From contig CAWDLW010000028.1 in assembly GCA_963803145.1 (NCBI GenBank), positions 1 through 19,210 on the forward strand: 19,210 nucleotides of DNA, given 5' to 3'. The notes below the pieces were generated by a model. The model was not told where the DNA came from, made no database searches, and saw only the letters and a program-made list of their open reading frames with translations. Both the position numbers and the translations under genes were made by a program. Positions 9,077-17,426 of the stretch are shown here, in pieces. How positions within the stretch are numbered: the first letter of the stretch is position 1; every line of letters begins with the position of its first letter. The DNA comes from Methanotrichaceae archaeon. Lineage in GTDB: Archaea; Halobacteriota; Methanosarcinia; Methanotrichales; Methanotrichaceae.

Positions 9077-9947
9077 AAAAAGAATTTACAGCTATATAAG
9101 GATTCGCTGCCTTCACAAAGATGTACATGACGAAGATATCCCTATGCCAGGAGCATTGATATAACCACGCCATCTGGCAGTCTTCACTGGAAGAAGTTCA
9201 GATAGGGCGTATGGTCCGGATTTATCTTCCCTGGAAGAAATTGAGGGTGGCCGCTTGGATTTTCAGAGGACTTGACCTTCATTTGAATCTATAACGGATC
9301 GGCCAGATCATAAGTTTTTATTTTTTGGACTTAGAACCATACAGGTACAGGCATAATTCCACTCATTATAATTAATGCCCAGTTCTCCTCAATCCACTGT
9401 TCGATCATTTTAACCCTCTGTGAGCCAGGCAACAGTGCAGAGGCTGATTTCTACCTCCTGATTTAGCTTTGCCAGATCGACATAGTGTTTATTGCTGTCT
9501 TCGACATATTCCCTAGTGGCTGAGCAGCAGGCCCAGAATGTAGGGCAACATTTTCTAAGTACGAGTTCTATCATGTCTATTGCAGCTCCTTCTTGTTGAA
9601 CAGCCTGGGCTTTTTCGCATCTATAAAGTGCTCTGGGTCCTGCGAGTTCCATCTGACTTTACGGTGAAAATGTATTCGTTGATCTCGATCGTTCAGCAGA
9701 TTCTTGTTTATTGTGATATTTGGAGATACACTGATAACCATAACCTGGGCTATATTCAATAAGATCTCATTTAACATTTAGAAAATTTATACACCTTATA
9801 CTTCTTAAATTTTTCTATAATTTCTGTAATTATGATAAGAGCTTGCCTAAAATTCGGTATATACATAAGTTTCGCAATAACTAACTTCTAGATTTATTTA
9901 ATTTAGTGAGCAATAAGCTGACATTATATTCCGTAAATAGCTCAGAA

Positions 9948-10053
9948 GGGATTATCATGGGATTATCATGGGATTATCATGGGGTTATCATGGGGTTATC
10001 ATGGGGTTATCATGGGGTTATCATGGGGTTATCATGGGGTTATCATGGGATTA
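9948..10053. repeat. Tandem array of an 11-bp unit GGG(A/G)TTATCAT
   Basis: Counted directly: 3 x GGGATTATCAT, 6 x GGGGTTATCAT, then a partial GGGATTA. Confidence 0.97.
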
Positions 10054-10411
10054 GCTCCGTAAAACTTGCATTTATCATCAAAATAAACAAGGCAAATAGC
10101 CAGCAGTCTATTGTATATACTTCATGTAGACTGCCCTCGACTGTCAATCCCAAGATAAACCAGATGGTTGGAAAATATGAAGGTATTCAATATTTGGGAG
10201 GGAACAAGAGTTCAATTGGTTTACTGGAGAACTGCTCCTAATCCTTTTCCATATCTCCAGAAATGTGAAATAATTCATAGATCAGTACAAATATTGAATG
10301 CGCTGTAAATCCCAGGCGGTTAGCCCAGAATATGATACGGGTGTACTCTAAATATTTATAATTTCAGAAACCTATTTAATATGAGGTGGAAAAATTACTA
10401 GCTGTACTGAT

Positions 10412-10564
10412 ATGAAGGCAGGACAGGTCTATTCCTGTGGAAATTGCGGGCTTGAAATGAAGGTTGTCAGAGAATGCGAGGGATGTAAAACATCCTCCGA
10501 GTCGTGCTGCTCTGATGAGTGTTCTTTTCAGTGTTGCGGCGAGCAAATGAAGCTGGTCGGCTAG
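10412..10564 (+). CDS. 50-aa Cys-rich desulforedoxin-like metal-binding protein (not in the ORF track)
   Basis: Translates as MKAGQVYSCGNCGLEMKVVRECEGCKTSSESCCSDECSFQCCGEQMKLVG*. Y.CxxCG...CCG..M is the desulforedoxin signature. TATA-like TTTATA at about 10355 upstream and a T-run downstream. Confidence 0.82.
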   Translation: MKAGQVYSCGNCGLEMKVVRECEGCKTSSESCCSDECSFQCCGEQMKLVG

Positions 10565-10707
10565 GCTAGCATCATTGCGAACTTATCTTTTTGGTGTATT
10601 TTAAGGAAGCTATAAGGCAAATCGATTTTGTAAAATAGCTTAATGGCCATGTAGGTGCCAGATGAACGGCCAAGTCTGCAATTCATCTATGCTATAGGCT
10701 GCTTGAA

Positions 10708-11496
10708 TTAATCAGCGTATCCCAGGTCCTTTGCCTTTGCGAACGCGTTCTCCGCCTCAAGATATCGACCAATGCCCAAGAGAGCAAGACCATTGTTATA
10801 CCAGGCCACAGCATAACTTGGATTGATCTCAATGGCCCTATCATATGCTCTATTGGCTTCAGCGTATTTGAACTGAGCAGCGAGTTCATGGCCTTTGTTG
10901 TACCAAGCCATTGCACAATTTGGATCGATCTCGATCGCCTTTTCGTAGGCCTTGACAGATTCTTCGTAATTAAATTGAGCACTGAATGCATTGCCTTTAT
11001 TATTCCAGGCGTTGACGTATTGCGGGTTTAATTCGATGGCCCTATTAAATGCAACTATTGCCTCATCATATCTGCCAAGCTTGCCGAGAGCAATGCCTTT
11101 GTTATTCCAGGCACCAATACACTCTGGATCCAACTCAATGGCTTTGTCATAAGCTTCGATTGCCTTGTCGTACTTGCAGATGCTATCGAGAACAGAGCCT
11201 TTATTATACCACGCGTCAATCGATTCCGGATTTAAACTAATGACTGTATCGAATGCCTGTATAGCCTCGTCATACTTGCCCAAATTATTAAGTATAAAAC
11301 CCTTGTTGATCCAAGCGTTGACATACTGCGAACTAAGCTCAATGGCCTTATCGAATGCTTGCAATGCCTCATTGCATTTTTTCATTATAAAGAGATCGAT
11401 GCCTTTGTTATACCAATCATCTGCCGTTATCTGCCTAGGTGCTCGTGAAGTAACCGATAATAGGATAAGCGGAAAAATAATAATCAAATATATCAT
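10708..11496 (-). CDS. TPR repeat protein with N-terminal signal/anchor
   Basis: Seven W(Y/I/N)N(K/N)G...A...D.AI units at 34-aa spacing, with a hydrophobic N-terminus. Confidence 0.93.
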   Translation of the reverse strand: MIYLIIIFPLILLSVTSRAPRQITADDWYNKGIDLFIMKKCNEALQAFDKAIELSSQYVNAWINKGFILNNLGKYDEAIQAFDTVISLNPESIDAWYNKGSVLDSICKYDKAIEAYDKAIELDPECIGAWNNKGIALGKLGRYDEAIVAFNRAIELNPQYVNAWNNKGNAFSAQFNYEESVKAYEKAIEIDPNCAMAWYNKGHELAAQFKYAEANRAYDRAIEINPSYAVAWYNNGLALLGIGRYLEAENAFAKAKDLGYAD

Positions 11497-11945
11497 CGAA
11501 GCATATCACCAATAGAATATTGGCTTGAGTTGTCTTAAAGATTTTGGGATAGTTGATAGTTAGGCCTTGCCATTTACTTTCAATATGTTACCCCAGAAAA
11601 TCGATTGTGAACCTACTTAAACCGTCTTTATGGTTAATAGTTCATCGCTTGTTTGATATCCAGGCCAATGAACTTTCACCGCGAATACCTTAAAGGATTA
11701 ACTTCCTATTTTCTACAGAACTTATTCATTCAGCTTTATGTAGTTCTACGGTTGATAGTAATGCACAGTATGTTTAATAATAGAGCTGACTACTTTTCAC
11801 AACAAAGGCAAAAGAAATAATTTATCCTCAGGGAGCAAAATAAATTGCAGTTTTTAGGATCAGCTCAGCGATAGCAATCGATATTGTAGTAATAGGTAAC
11901 ATATAATATTGAAAACCCACATTAAACTTTTGCAGGTGACAAAGA

Positions 11946-12503
11946 ATGAAAATCCTGATTCCACTGGCAAATGGATTTGAAGAGATAGAGTTTGTTACAG
12001 TAGCCGATATCTTAAGGCGAGCGGGGCTCGATGTAGTTACTGCCGGACTTTCAGAAGGGCTTGTCGAAGGAAGCCACAAGATTAAGATGATGCCTGACAC
12101 CACCTTAGATAAGATCAAACCTGATGAGTTCGATGCAGTGGTCCTGCCTGGAGGAGCACCAGGCTTCATAAATCTGAAAAATGATGAGAGAGTACTGAAT
12201 ATCCTCCAGAGCATGAACCGGGCAGGAAAATATGTGTGTGCAATCTGCGCTGCGCCATCGGTCCTGATAAAAGCCGGAGTTCTTGAGGGCAGGAAGGCCA
12301 CTGTAAGTCCTTCGGGCCGAGAGGAGATGAAGGCCAGCACTGAGTACGTGGATGAGAGGGTTGTGGCCGACAGAAAGCTCATCACAAGCCAATCTCCCGG
12401 AACTGCGATGGAGTTTGCGCTGAAGCTGGTGGAGGCTTTTGCAGGGCAGGAGATGATGAAGGAGATCAAAAGGCAGACACTGGCAATATGTACGGGAGAT
12501 TGA
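11946..12503 (+). CDS. DJ-1/PfpI (ThiJ/YajL-like) protein
   Basis: Motifs GFEEIE, VVLPGG.PG, AICAAP (catalytic Cys) and ITSQSPGTAMEFAL. Confidence 0.95.
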   Translation: MKILIPLANGFEEIEFVTVADILRRAGLDVVTAGLSEGLVEGSHKIKMMPDTTLDKIKPDEFDAVVLPGGAPGFINLKNDERVLNILQSMNRAGKYVCAICAAPSVLIKAGVLEGRKATVSPSGREEMKASTEYVDERVVADRKLITSQSPGTAMEFALKLVEAFAGQEMMKEIKRQTLAICTGD

Positions 12504-12526
12504 GCTATAGGACTAAACTAGAATAG

Positions 12527-12618
12527 CTGATTGCAGTTCTGAACGATCTTATGGACAAAGGCAACACTGTGGTTGTGATTGAGCACAATCTGGATGTGAT
12601 CAAGTCCCAGACTATACT
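12527..12618 (+). pseudogene. uvrA: Short uvrA C-terminal remnant
   Basis: Reads [27 protein letters not shown], then (A)DY in a shifted frame. This matches the UvrA second-ABC H-loop [18 protein letters not shown]. An in-frame TAG precedes it. Confidence 0.8.
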
Positions 12619-12733
12619 CGTGGCAGGGTCCAGATGGCAACGACGCAATATTCAGGGCTGCATGTACTCCGATGAAGCCAACAGGAAGATTGAATATTTA
12701 AGAAATCCAATCACTATGAATGGAGATGCTAAT

Positions 12734-12925
12734 ATGGGTTCATCCAAGATTATAGAATGTGTTTACGAAGATGGTGTTTTTAAGCCGCTGGGAAGGGTGG
12801 ATCTGAAGCAGGGCACGAGGCTATTGATCAAAGTGGGCAGAGCAGACCTATCTAAATATTGGGGCATACTGGGCAAGGCATCAGCGGAAAAACTTGCAGA
12901 GCTTGAAGAAGAGGCCCAGCTTTGA
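12734..12925 (+). CDS. AF2212/DUF104-family antitoxin (true start ATG 12734, not 12551)
   Basis: Translates as [27 protein letters not shown]..., with the I..VYE.GVFKPL..V.L..G signature. GGAGA upstream. The stop overlaps the toxin start (TTGA). Confidence 0.88.
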   Translation: MGSSKIIECVYEDGVFKPLGRVDLKQGTRLLIKVGRADLSKYWGILGKASAEKLAELEEEAQL

Positions 12926-13377
12926 TATTTGTCGATACAAACGTATTTTATAATTCGTTATTTGATACGAAATTCTCTATATCGGCGAGAAGATTCATCG
13001 AATTGAATCAAGAACTTGTAACCTCCTCTTCGGTCATTAATGAGTTGATCCTTGTGGCCATTCGAAATCTTTGCGAGGAAAGATATGGCACCAGAAGCCA
13101 TTCTTCTTTTAGGAGTTTCATAGCGCAAAGAGGATATGAGCCTTTCAAAGAGGATCTGAATGCGGTTCTACAGTTTTTTGAAGACAGCGATATCTGCATT
13201 GTGTCCACTAATGAGAATATCGATGATTGGAGCACGATTATGCAAAAGTATAGGCTCTTACCTTATGATGCTCTAATTGTCTCCACGTGCATCTCCAATG
13301 GTATCAAGGAGATCGCCACATTCGACAAGGATTTTAGGAGGGTAGATATCCTTAATGTGCTTGATTTGAACGAATGA
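12922..13377 (+). CDS. vapC: VapC-type PIN domain toxin
   Basis: Acidic PIN motifs IFVDTNV, VINE, PYDALIV and TFDKDF. Translationally coupled to the antitoxin. Confidence 0.9.
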   Translation: MIFVDTNVFYNSLFDTKFSISARRFIELNQELVTSSSVINELILVAIRNLCEERYGTRSHSSFRSFIAQRGYEPFKEDLNAVLQFFEDSDICIVSTNENIDDWSTIMQKYRLLPYDALIVSTCISNGIKEIATFDKDFRRVDILNVLDLNE

Positions 13378-13524
13378 TATTTATCAAGAAATCTGAGGCG
13401 AACTGGGGGTATTACTTTTAAAAACAAGATAATATATCGTTGAAGAATTTTAATTTATTTAATAATCAACGACTGAGAACACGTAATTATATAAAAAAGT
13501 TGTAAGCCGATTTAGCTTTATTGA

Positions 13525-13749
13525 TCAACACCACCAAGGCCAGATCCAGGGTGGATAGAAGGGCGGATGGAACGGGAAATGTCCTGGCCCATGTCCACCA
13601 GGATGCCAACCAGGTCCGTGCCCATCTGGCCCATGTCCACCAGGCCCGTGCCCGTGATCAAGAATAGTGGCTGGTTCGGCGTTCGCAGCTCCAATCATTC
13701 CTACTGCTAATGTTACAATTAGCAGTAACACCATCAATTCTTTTCTCAT
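13525..13749 (-). CDS. Small secreted His/Gly/Pro-repeat peptide with a Trp/Pro-rich tail (start likely ATG 13749)
   Basis: Signal peptide MRKELMVLLLIVTLAVGMIGAANA, then GHGP repeats, ending PPWIWPWWC. Exact 19-bp internal repeat at 13584-13602 and 13626-13644. Confidence 0.8.
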   Translation of the reverse strand: MRKELMVLLLIVTLAVGMIGAANAEPATILDHGHGPGGHGPDGHGPGWHPGGHGPGHFPFHPPFYPPWIWPWWC

Positions 13750-13884
13750 ATTCTTTTCCTCTACCAAACTTTACAGTTTTGGGCTTTACTAAACGATACT
13801 AGTCTACAATAGGATTTAAATTCTAGTTTTATGAATATTTTACCTAAAATTTATATTGATTTCAGCTAAAATCTATATGAAACT
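13701..13884 (-). repeat. Copy 1 of a duplicated promoter + 5' leader + signal-peptide cassette
   Basis: Colinear blocks shared with 17378-17551: a 28-bp identity, TTTTCTCATATT, CTTTACAGTTTT, GATTTAAAT (TATA-like) and ATATGAAACT. Confidence 0.9.
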
Positions 13885-14097
13885 ATGGTTTTTTCAGACA
13901 AAGATGGCTAGAATGGTACAAAAACGCTCCATTGGTAGGTTCAACATTTTATATGAATCCCTTCCATAGGCTAAATGAAGCCTATGAAAACGCCTCCTTT
14001 TGCGCCTTGAATTTCGTGCGATCATGCGCGGCGATAATTTAGGCATACGTAATAGTATAGACAATTATATTATTCGCCAATGTCTTTGAATCTCGCT

Positions 14098-15318
14098 CTA
14101 GAACCACCGCTTCATCCGCTGCTCGAAGCTGAACCCTTCGCGAGTGCAATTGAACCTGAGGATTATCCTATCATCCTTGTTTATGACATTGTAATCCCCG
14201 CGGATAAACTCGAGTTTAGAACGCTGCCCTTTTGGTACCATCAGGCTGAGCGTAACTGGAACCATTGTCAAGTTGTTGGATAGAGACAGCCGCACGCTTG
14301 CATCACTATTGGTGCCTAATCTGATAGATGTACTGCTATCACTAGATATTGTTATTACTCCACCTCTGGAGATCACACTTTTATAAATGTTAGGGGGGAG
14401 CACCATCTCTATTTCATCATTAAACCCTTCTTTGTTGGTGATATTCAAATCGAGGAAATTGCCCTGGCTTGTATCTGAGAGTAACAAGGAATAATCCACT
14501 GGCTTAAAACCGAAGGGATCCATTATTATTGCTATGACGACAATTAGAGCAGCAAGCCCCAGAGCAGCAATCTTGATCTTGCCTCTAGAGTCTTCGCCTT
14601 TTCCTGTAAGTTTTTGTGTCTTTGACTCGTAGGTCGGTGCAGTGGTTTCAAGGGATTGGCTACCCTCGACAAGATTATTCTTAGCTTCCTCTGTTATGCC
14701 CCGAGCAGTCTCTCCCGCGACATTTGCAGGCGACTCTGGCGCACGCTCCGAGTGAGCTGCATCTTGCAGTGTATCGGCCGCTATATCTATCTGATTCAGA
14801 GAATCCTTCTCTGCTTCGATGGAAACTATGTCTTTCTGCTGTTGGTCGGATTTCTCCAATTCTGGCAAAGAGGCTTCCGCCTTGGTTGGCACCTTTCTCC
14901 TGGTGGGAAACACAACCGTGCCCTCGTCGAAGTTGAACGCGAGTTCAGTATAGGTGCCTGACGCATCTACGAACATTTTCGCTTTTGGCACAAGGTATGT
15001 TACCCAAGAGATCTTGACCTCTTCAAAGAACTCGGTATTCTTAATGAGACGGTCCTTGAATGCATAGACTGAGCCGCTTTCCATCCTAGCATCTATTTCA
15101 CTCAGGCTTGGGAATCGGTCCTCCTGGGCAGCCAGCTCTTTGGTTGCCCTGGCGTAGGCCTCGAAGAAAACCTTGCTCATCCGGTTGAGCCTGTTCATAT
15201 ACCGCCGATCAAAGAGAAAAGAGAAGTTTTCCCCTTTAAGCGTCAATCTCTCTTCTGCTAATTGCTGCCAGGCGGAATACGAAACATCCATTGCTGGGAC
15301 ATCTATCTTGGCCAACAA
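14098..15318 (-). CDS. Hypothetical single-pass membrane protein
   Basis: 406-aa ORF with a globular N-terminus, an acidic low-complexity linker, a TM helix IAALGLAALIVVIAIIM and a beta-rich C-terminus. Confidence 0.75.
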   Translation of the reverse strand: MLAKIDVPAMDVSYSAWQQLAEERLTLKGENFSFLFDRRYMNRLNRMSKVFFEAYARATKELAAQEDRFPSLSEIDARMESGSVYAFKDRLIKNTEFFEEVKISWVTYLVPKAKMFVDASGTYTELAFNFDEGTVVFPTRRKVPTKAEASLPELEKSDQQQKDIVSIEAEKDSLNQIDIAADTLQDAAHSERAPESPANVAGETARGITEEAKNNLVEGSQSLETTAPTYESKTQKLTGKGEDSRGKIKIAALGLAALIVVIAIIMDPFGFKPVDYSLLLSDTSQGNFLDLNITNKEGFNDEIEMVLPPNIYKSVISRGGVITISSDSSTSIRLGTNSDASVRLSLSNNLTMVPVTLSLMVPKGQRSKLEFIRGDYNVINKDDRIILRFNCTREGFSFEQRMKRWF

Positions 15319-15419
15319 TAAGTAATTTATGTAAGAGGCATTAGGCCCTATCTTTAGTTTTCATATAAATTTCATATAAAAGGTATCTTTAAATCTTGAG
15401 CTGCGGAGAATAATACCTA

Positions 15420-15830
15420 ATGAGTCAAGTGGGAGTGTCAGTGCCAATTCTTCTGCTCATTGGGATTGGTATCATTAGCGGTCAAGCTGCAGCATTTGCA
15501 TTAACTGCCAACCAACAGGTGCAACCGTCAACCGTAGCTGTTGGTGAGACCGCAACGGTGAACCTTATGCTTTCCTACAACGGAGACGACGGCATTCAAG
15601 TTACAGTTACACCTGGCTTTACTCCAGGGGTCTCGGCAGACTCCGGAGCCAAAACAGTCTTCCTGTCTCCGGGAAGCCAACAGACGATCAGCTATCCCAT
15701 CGTAGCCGAAAAAAGTGGGACATATTGGGTAACTTCTACAATCTCCTATGCGGATGGGGGATCTATGCGGCAGCTAAGCAAGGAATCGCGCTTCACTGTG
15801 ACAGGTGCGTCCAGAGAGAATATGGAATGA
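15420..15830 (+). CDS. Secreted Ig-like (CARDB/BatD-like) domain protein, possibly 3'-truncated
   Basis: Signal peptide, P..V.VGETATV.L.L and L.PG..QTISY.I.AEK.GTY patterns. Confidence 0.7.
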   Translation: MSQVGVSVPILLLIGIGIISGQAAAFALTANQQVQPSTVAVGETATVNLMLSYNGDDGIQVTVTPGFTPGVSADSGAKTVFLSPGSQQTISYPIVAEKSGTYWVTSTISYADGGSMRQLSKESRFTVTGASRENME

Positions 15831-16367
15831 ATCCATAAGCCACTCAAATTCCGTTTCATTCATTGAGGGATTTACTCCATCTGGTTCTACCCCAAGAATG
15901 ATGAAAGTCTTTCCTTTATCATCCTTCGCATCGATACAGGATATGGCAGCCATTTCAGTGGTATTAGAAGAGGTATTGGTTCGAATCTTCACTATCGCTG
16001 GCCGTCCATCAATTTTTCGCCAGTAAGTCTCATCAATATCCATAGGGGACGCGTTTTCAAAACAGTTGTTCACTTCTGCTTGGAATAGAGATCTGTTCAA
16101 TACAAGGGCTGAAGGATACTGCCTCAGGACAGTTATATTGATATCCAGATATGTTATGATTGTATCCGGTATGTTTATCAGGCCAACATACTGCACATAA
16201 TCCTTTCCAGTAACGCTATCCCAGGCGTTCAAGGGCCCTACTACAACTAGCGTTGAATTAGAGCCCGGAATATCAAAGGAGATTTTATATGGGCCTAGAT
16301 AGCTGATGGTTCCTGAAGTCAGGCTGATAGTTAGGGCCAATGCCAATATGGGAAATATATACTTCAA
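15774..16367 (-). CDS. Hypothetical secreted protein (likely start TTG 16367)
   Basis: GGGAGGGT precedes TTG AAG TAT. Signal peptide KYIFPILALALTISL and motifs GPYKISFDI and IDGRPA. Confidence 0.7.
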   Translation of the reverse strand: MKYIFPILALALTISLTSGTISYLGPYKISFDIPGSNSTLVVVGPLNAWDSVTGKDYVQYVGLINIPDTIITYLDINITVLRQYPSALVLNRSLFQAEVNNCFENASPMDIDETYWRKIDGRPAIVKIRTNTSSNTTEMAAISCIDAKDDKGKTFIILGVEPDGVNPSMNETEFEWLMDSFHILSGRTCHSEARFLA

Positions 16368-16483
16368 AGCTAAACCCTCCCACCAATTATCTCGAAAATT
16401 TGAATTTCTATTAATAAAGTTATTGTTGGTTGCATGCGATCGGTAATTCAATGGAAGTGTTACCGATTCTTACTTTTCATATA

Positions 16484-16620
16484 GGGCTTATCCCTAAACA
16501 ATCCTCTATGCTGAACTACAAAAATGTTATCACATATCCATATTTAAGGACATAGGATATGCATTTTTTCAAAAAAAGCTATGCTTGAATTAAAGATGCA
16601 ATAACTTTAGGGATAAGCTC
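16484..16620. mobile_element. Putative MITE / internally deleted IS, 137 bp
   Basis: Terminal inverted repeats GGGCTTATCCCTAAA (16484-16498) and TTTAGGGATAAGCTC (16606-16620), matching 14/15. AT-rich non-coding interior. No clear target duplication. Confidence 0.65.
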
Positions 16621-16667
16621 AGAATTTTAAACTACTCTAAATAAAAATATATGAAAATTAGAGATGT

Positions 16668-17426
16668 CTACCAGACATATATAGGTAATACGTTGCTCCA
16701 TCCGGATCTACTGCCCCACATTGCTACCAAATGCCAACCCCTCTGGTCCCCATAGAATGAAGAAAACGTGAATCCTGGCCATCTAAATCCCCAGTTAGAC
16801 CACATCGGGAAGCCATTCGAATCATATCCCCATAGGTTTTGGGTCTGATCATTCAATACCGCTATATTCTCTTGTTGATATAGAGATACTGACGAAGGTC
16901 CTTGTGTCCACTGGCCGTTGTAAAACGCCCAAATCTGGATGCCACTAGGTGCTGGAGGAGCAGCAAAGAGCTTTGGAGTAGGAGCACTTGTAGCAACACC
17001 TGAAACTCCTTCTGATGAGGATTCCGGTTCAGAACCGAAATTTGCAATTATACTTTGGGTATCAAGAGTTTGTCCCCCTTCTAGATTTTCCAAAACATTA
17101 CCTGTGTTTGCAGAAGGCGCATGTGAGGGAATTGCTGCCTGCGGACCTTCTGTAGGATGTTCTGAATTCGATTCTTCTCCTGGGATAGGACTAAGTTGAT
17201 TCTCGGGCGGAACAGGTCCTTCATAACCAAAGGGGTTATATGGTACAAGACCGGATTGACTTCCGGAAGGATTGGGCACTTGATAACCAGAGGGGCTACT
17301 TGGTCCCACATTAGGTATCGCATAAGGGAAACCTCCTGGAGTGGGTTGCGCTACGCTTTCATCCATAAATAGCCCGACTACTGCTAATGTTACAATTAGC
17401 AGTAATATCATCGATTGTTTTCTCAT
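16668..17426 (-). CDS. Secreted protein with a Pro/Ser/Gly-rich stalk and a Trp-rich C-terminal domain
   Basis: Signal peptide MRKQSMILLLIVTLAVVG, AGGTGG RBS, and a C-terminus GWHLVAMWGSRSGWSNVLPIYVW. Confidence 0.82.
   Translation of the reverse strand: MRKQSMILLLIVTLAVVGLFMDESVAQPTPGGFPYAIPNVGPSSPSGYQVPNPSGSQSGLVPYNPFGYEGPVPPENQLSPIPGEESNSEHPTEGPQAAIPSHAPSANTGNVLENLEGGQTLDTQSIIANFGSEPESSSEGVSGVATSAPTPKLFAAPPAPSGIQIWAFYNGQWTQGPSSVSLYQQENIAVLNDQTQNLWGYDSNGFPMWSNWGFRWPGFTFSSFYGDQRGWHLVAMWGSRSGWSNVLPIYVW

Noticed and set aside
9948-10053. Possible CRISPR array
   Set aside because: The units are contiguous 11-mers with no spacers, and no cas genes are present.
9906-10241. 111-aa ORF with GLSW(D/G)YHGVIM repeats
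   Set aside because: The repeat is just the translation of the 11-bp array (a non-triplet period), and the rest shows no protein-like motif.
10708-11496. Internal DNA similarity at 102-bp spacing
   Set aside because: Fully explained by the 34-aa TPR repeats.
11852-11868. TTTTAGGATCAGCTCAG, and GAGCTTGCCTAAA near 9839, resembling the MITE ends
   Set aside because: The matches need gaps and mismatches in short AT-rich words, so they are too weak to call element ends.
11828-12469. 213-aa minus-strand ORF, and similar antisense ORFs (239, 1401, 2814, 7997, 8465, 11165, 16939, 18174)
   Set aside because: These are shadow frames of well-supported genes on the opposite strand.
12551-12925. 124-aa UvrA-antitoxin fusion protein
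   Set aside because: Better explained as a uvrA remnant that happens to be in frame with an antitoxin starting at 12734, which has its own RBS-like sequence.
13965-13986. Inverted repeat CATAGGCT-N6-AGCCTATG
   Set aside because: Not recognisably conserved upstream of cassette copy 2, so it is most simply a terminator-like hairpin or chance.
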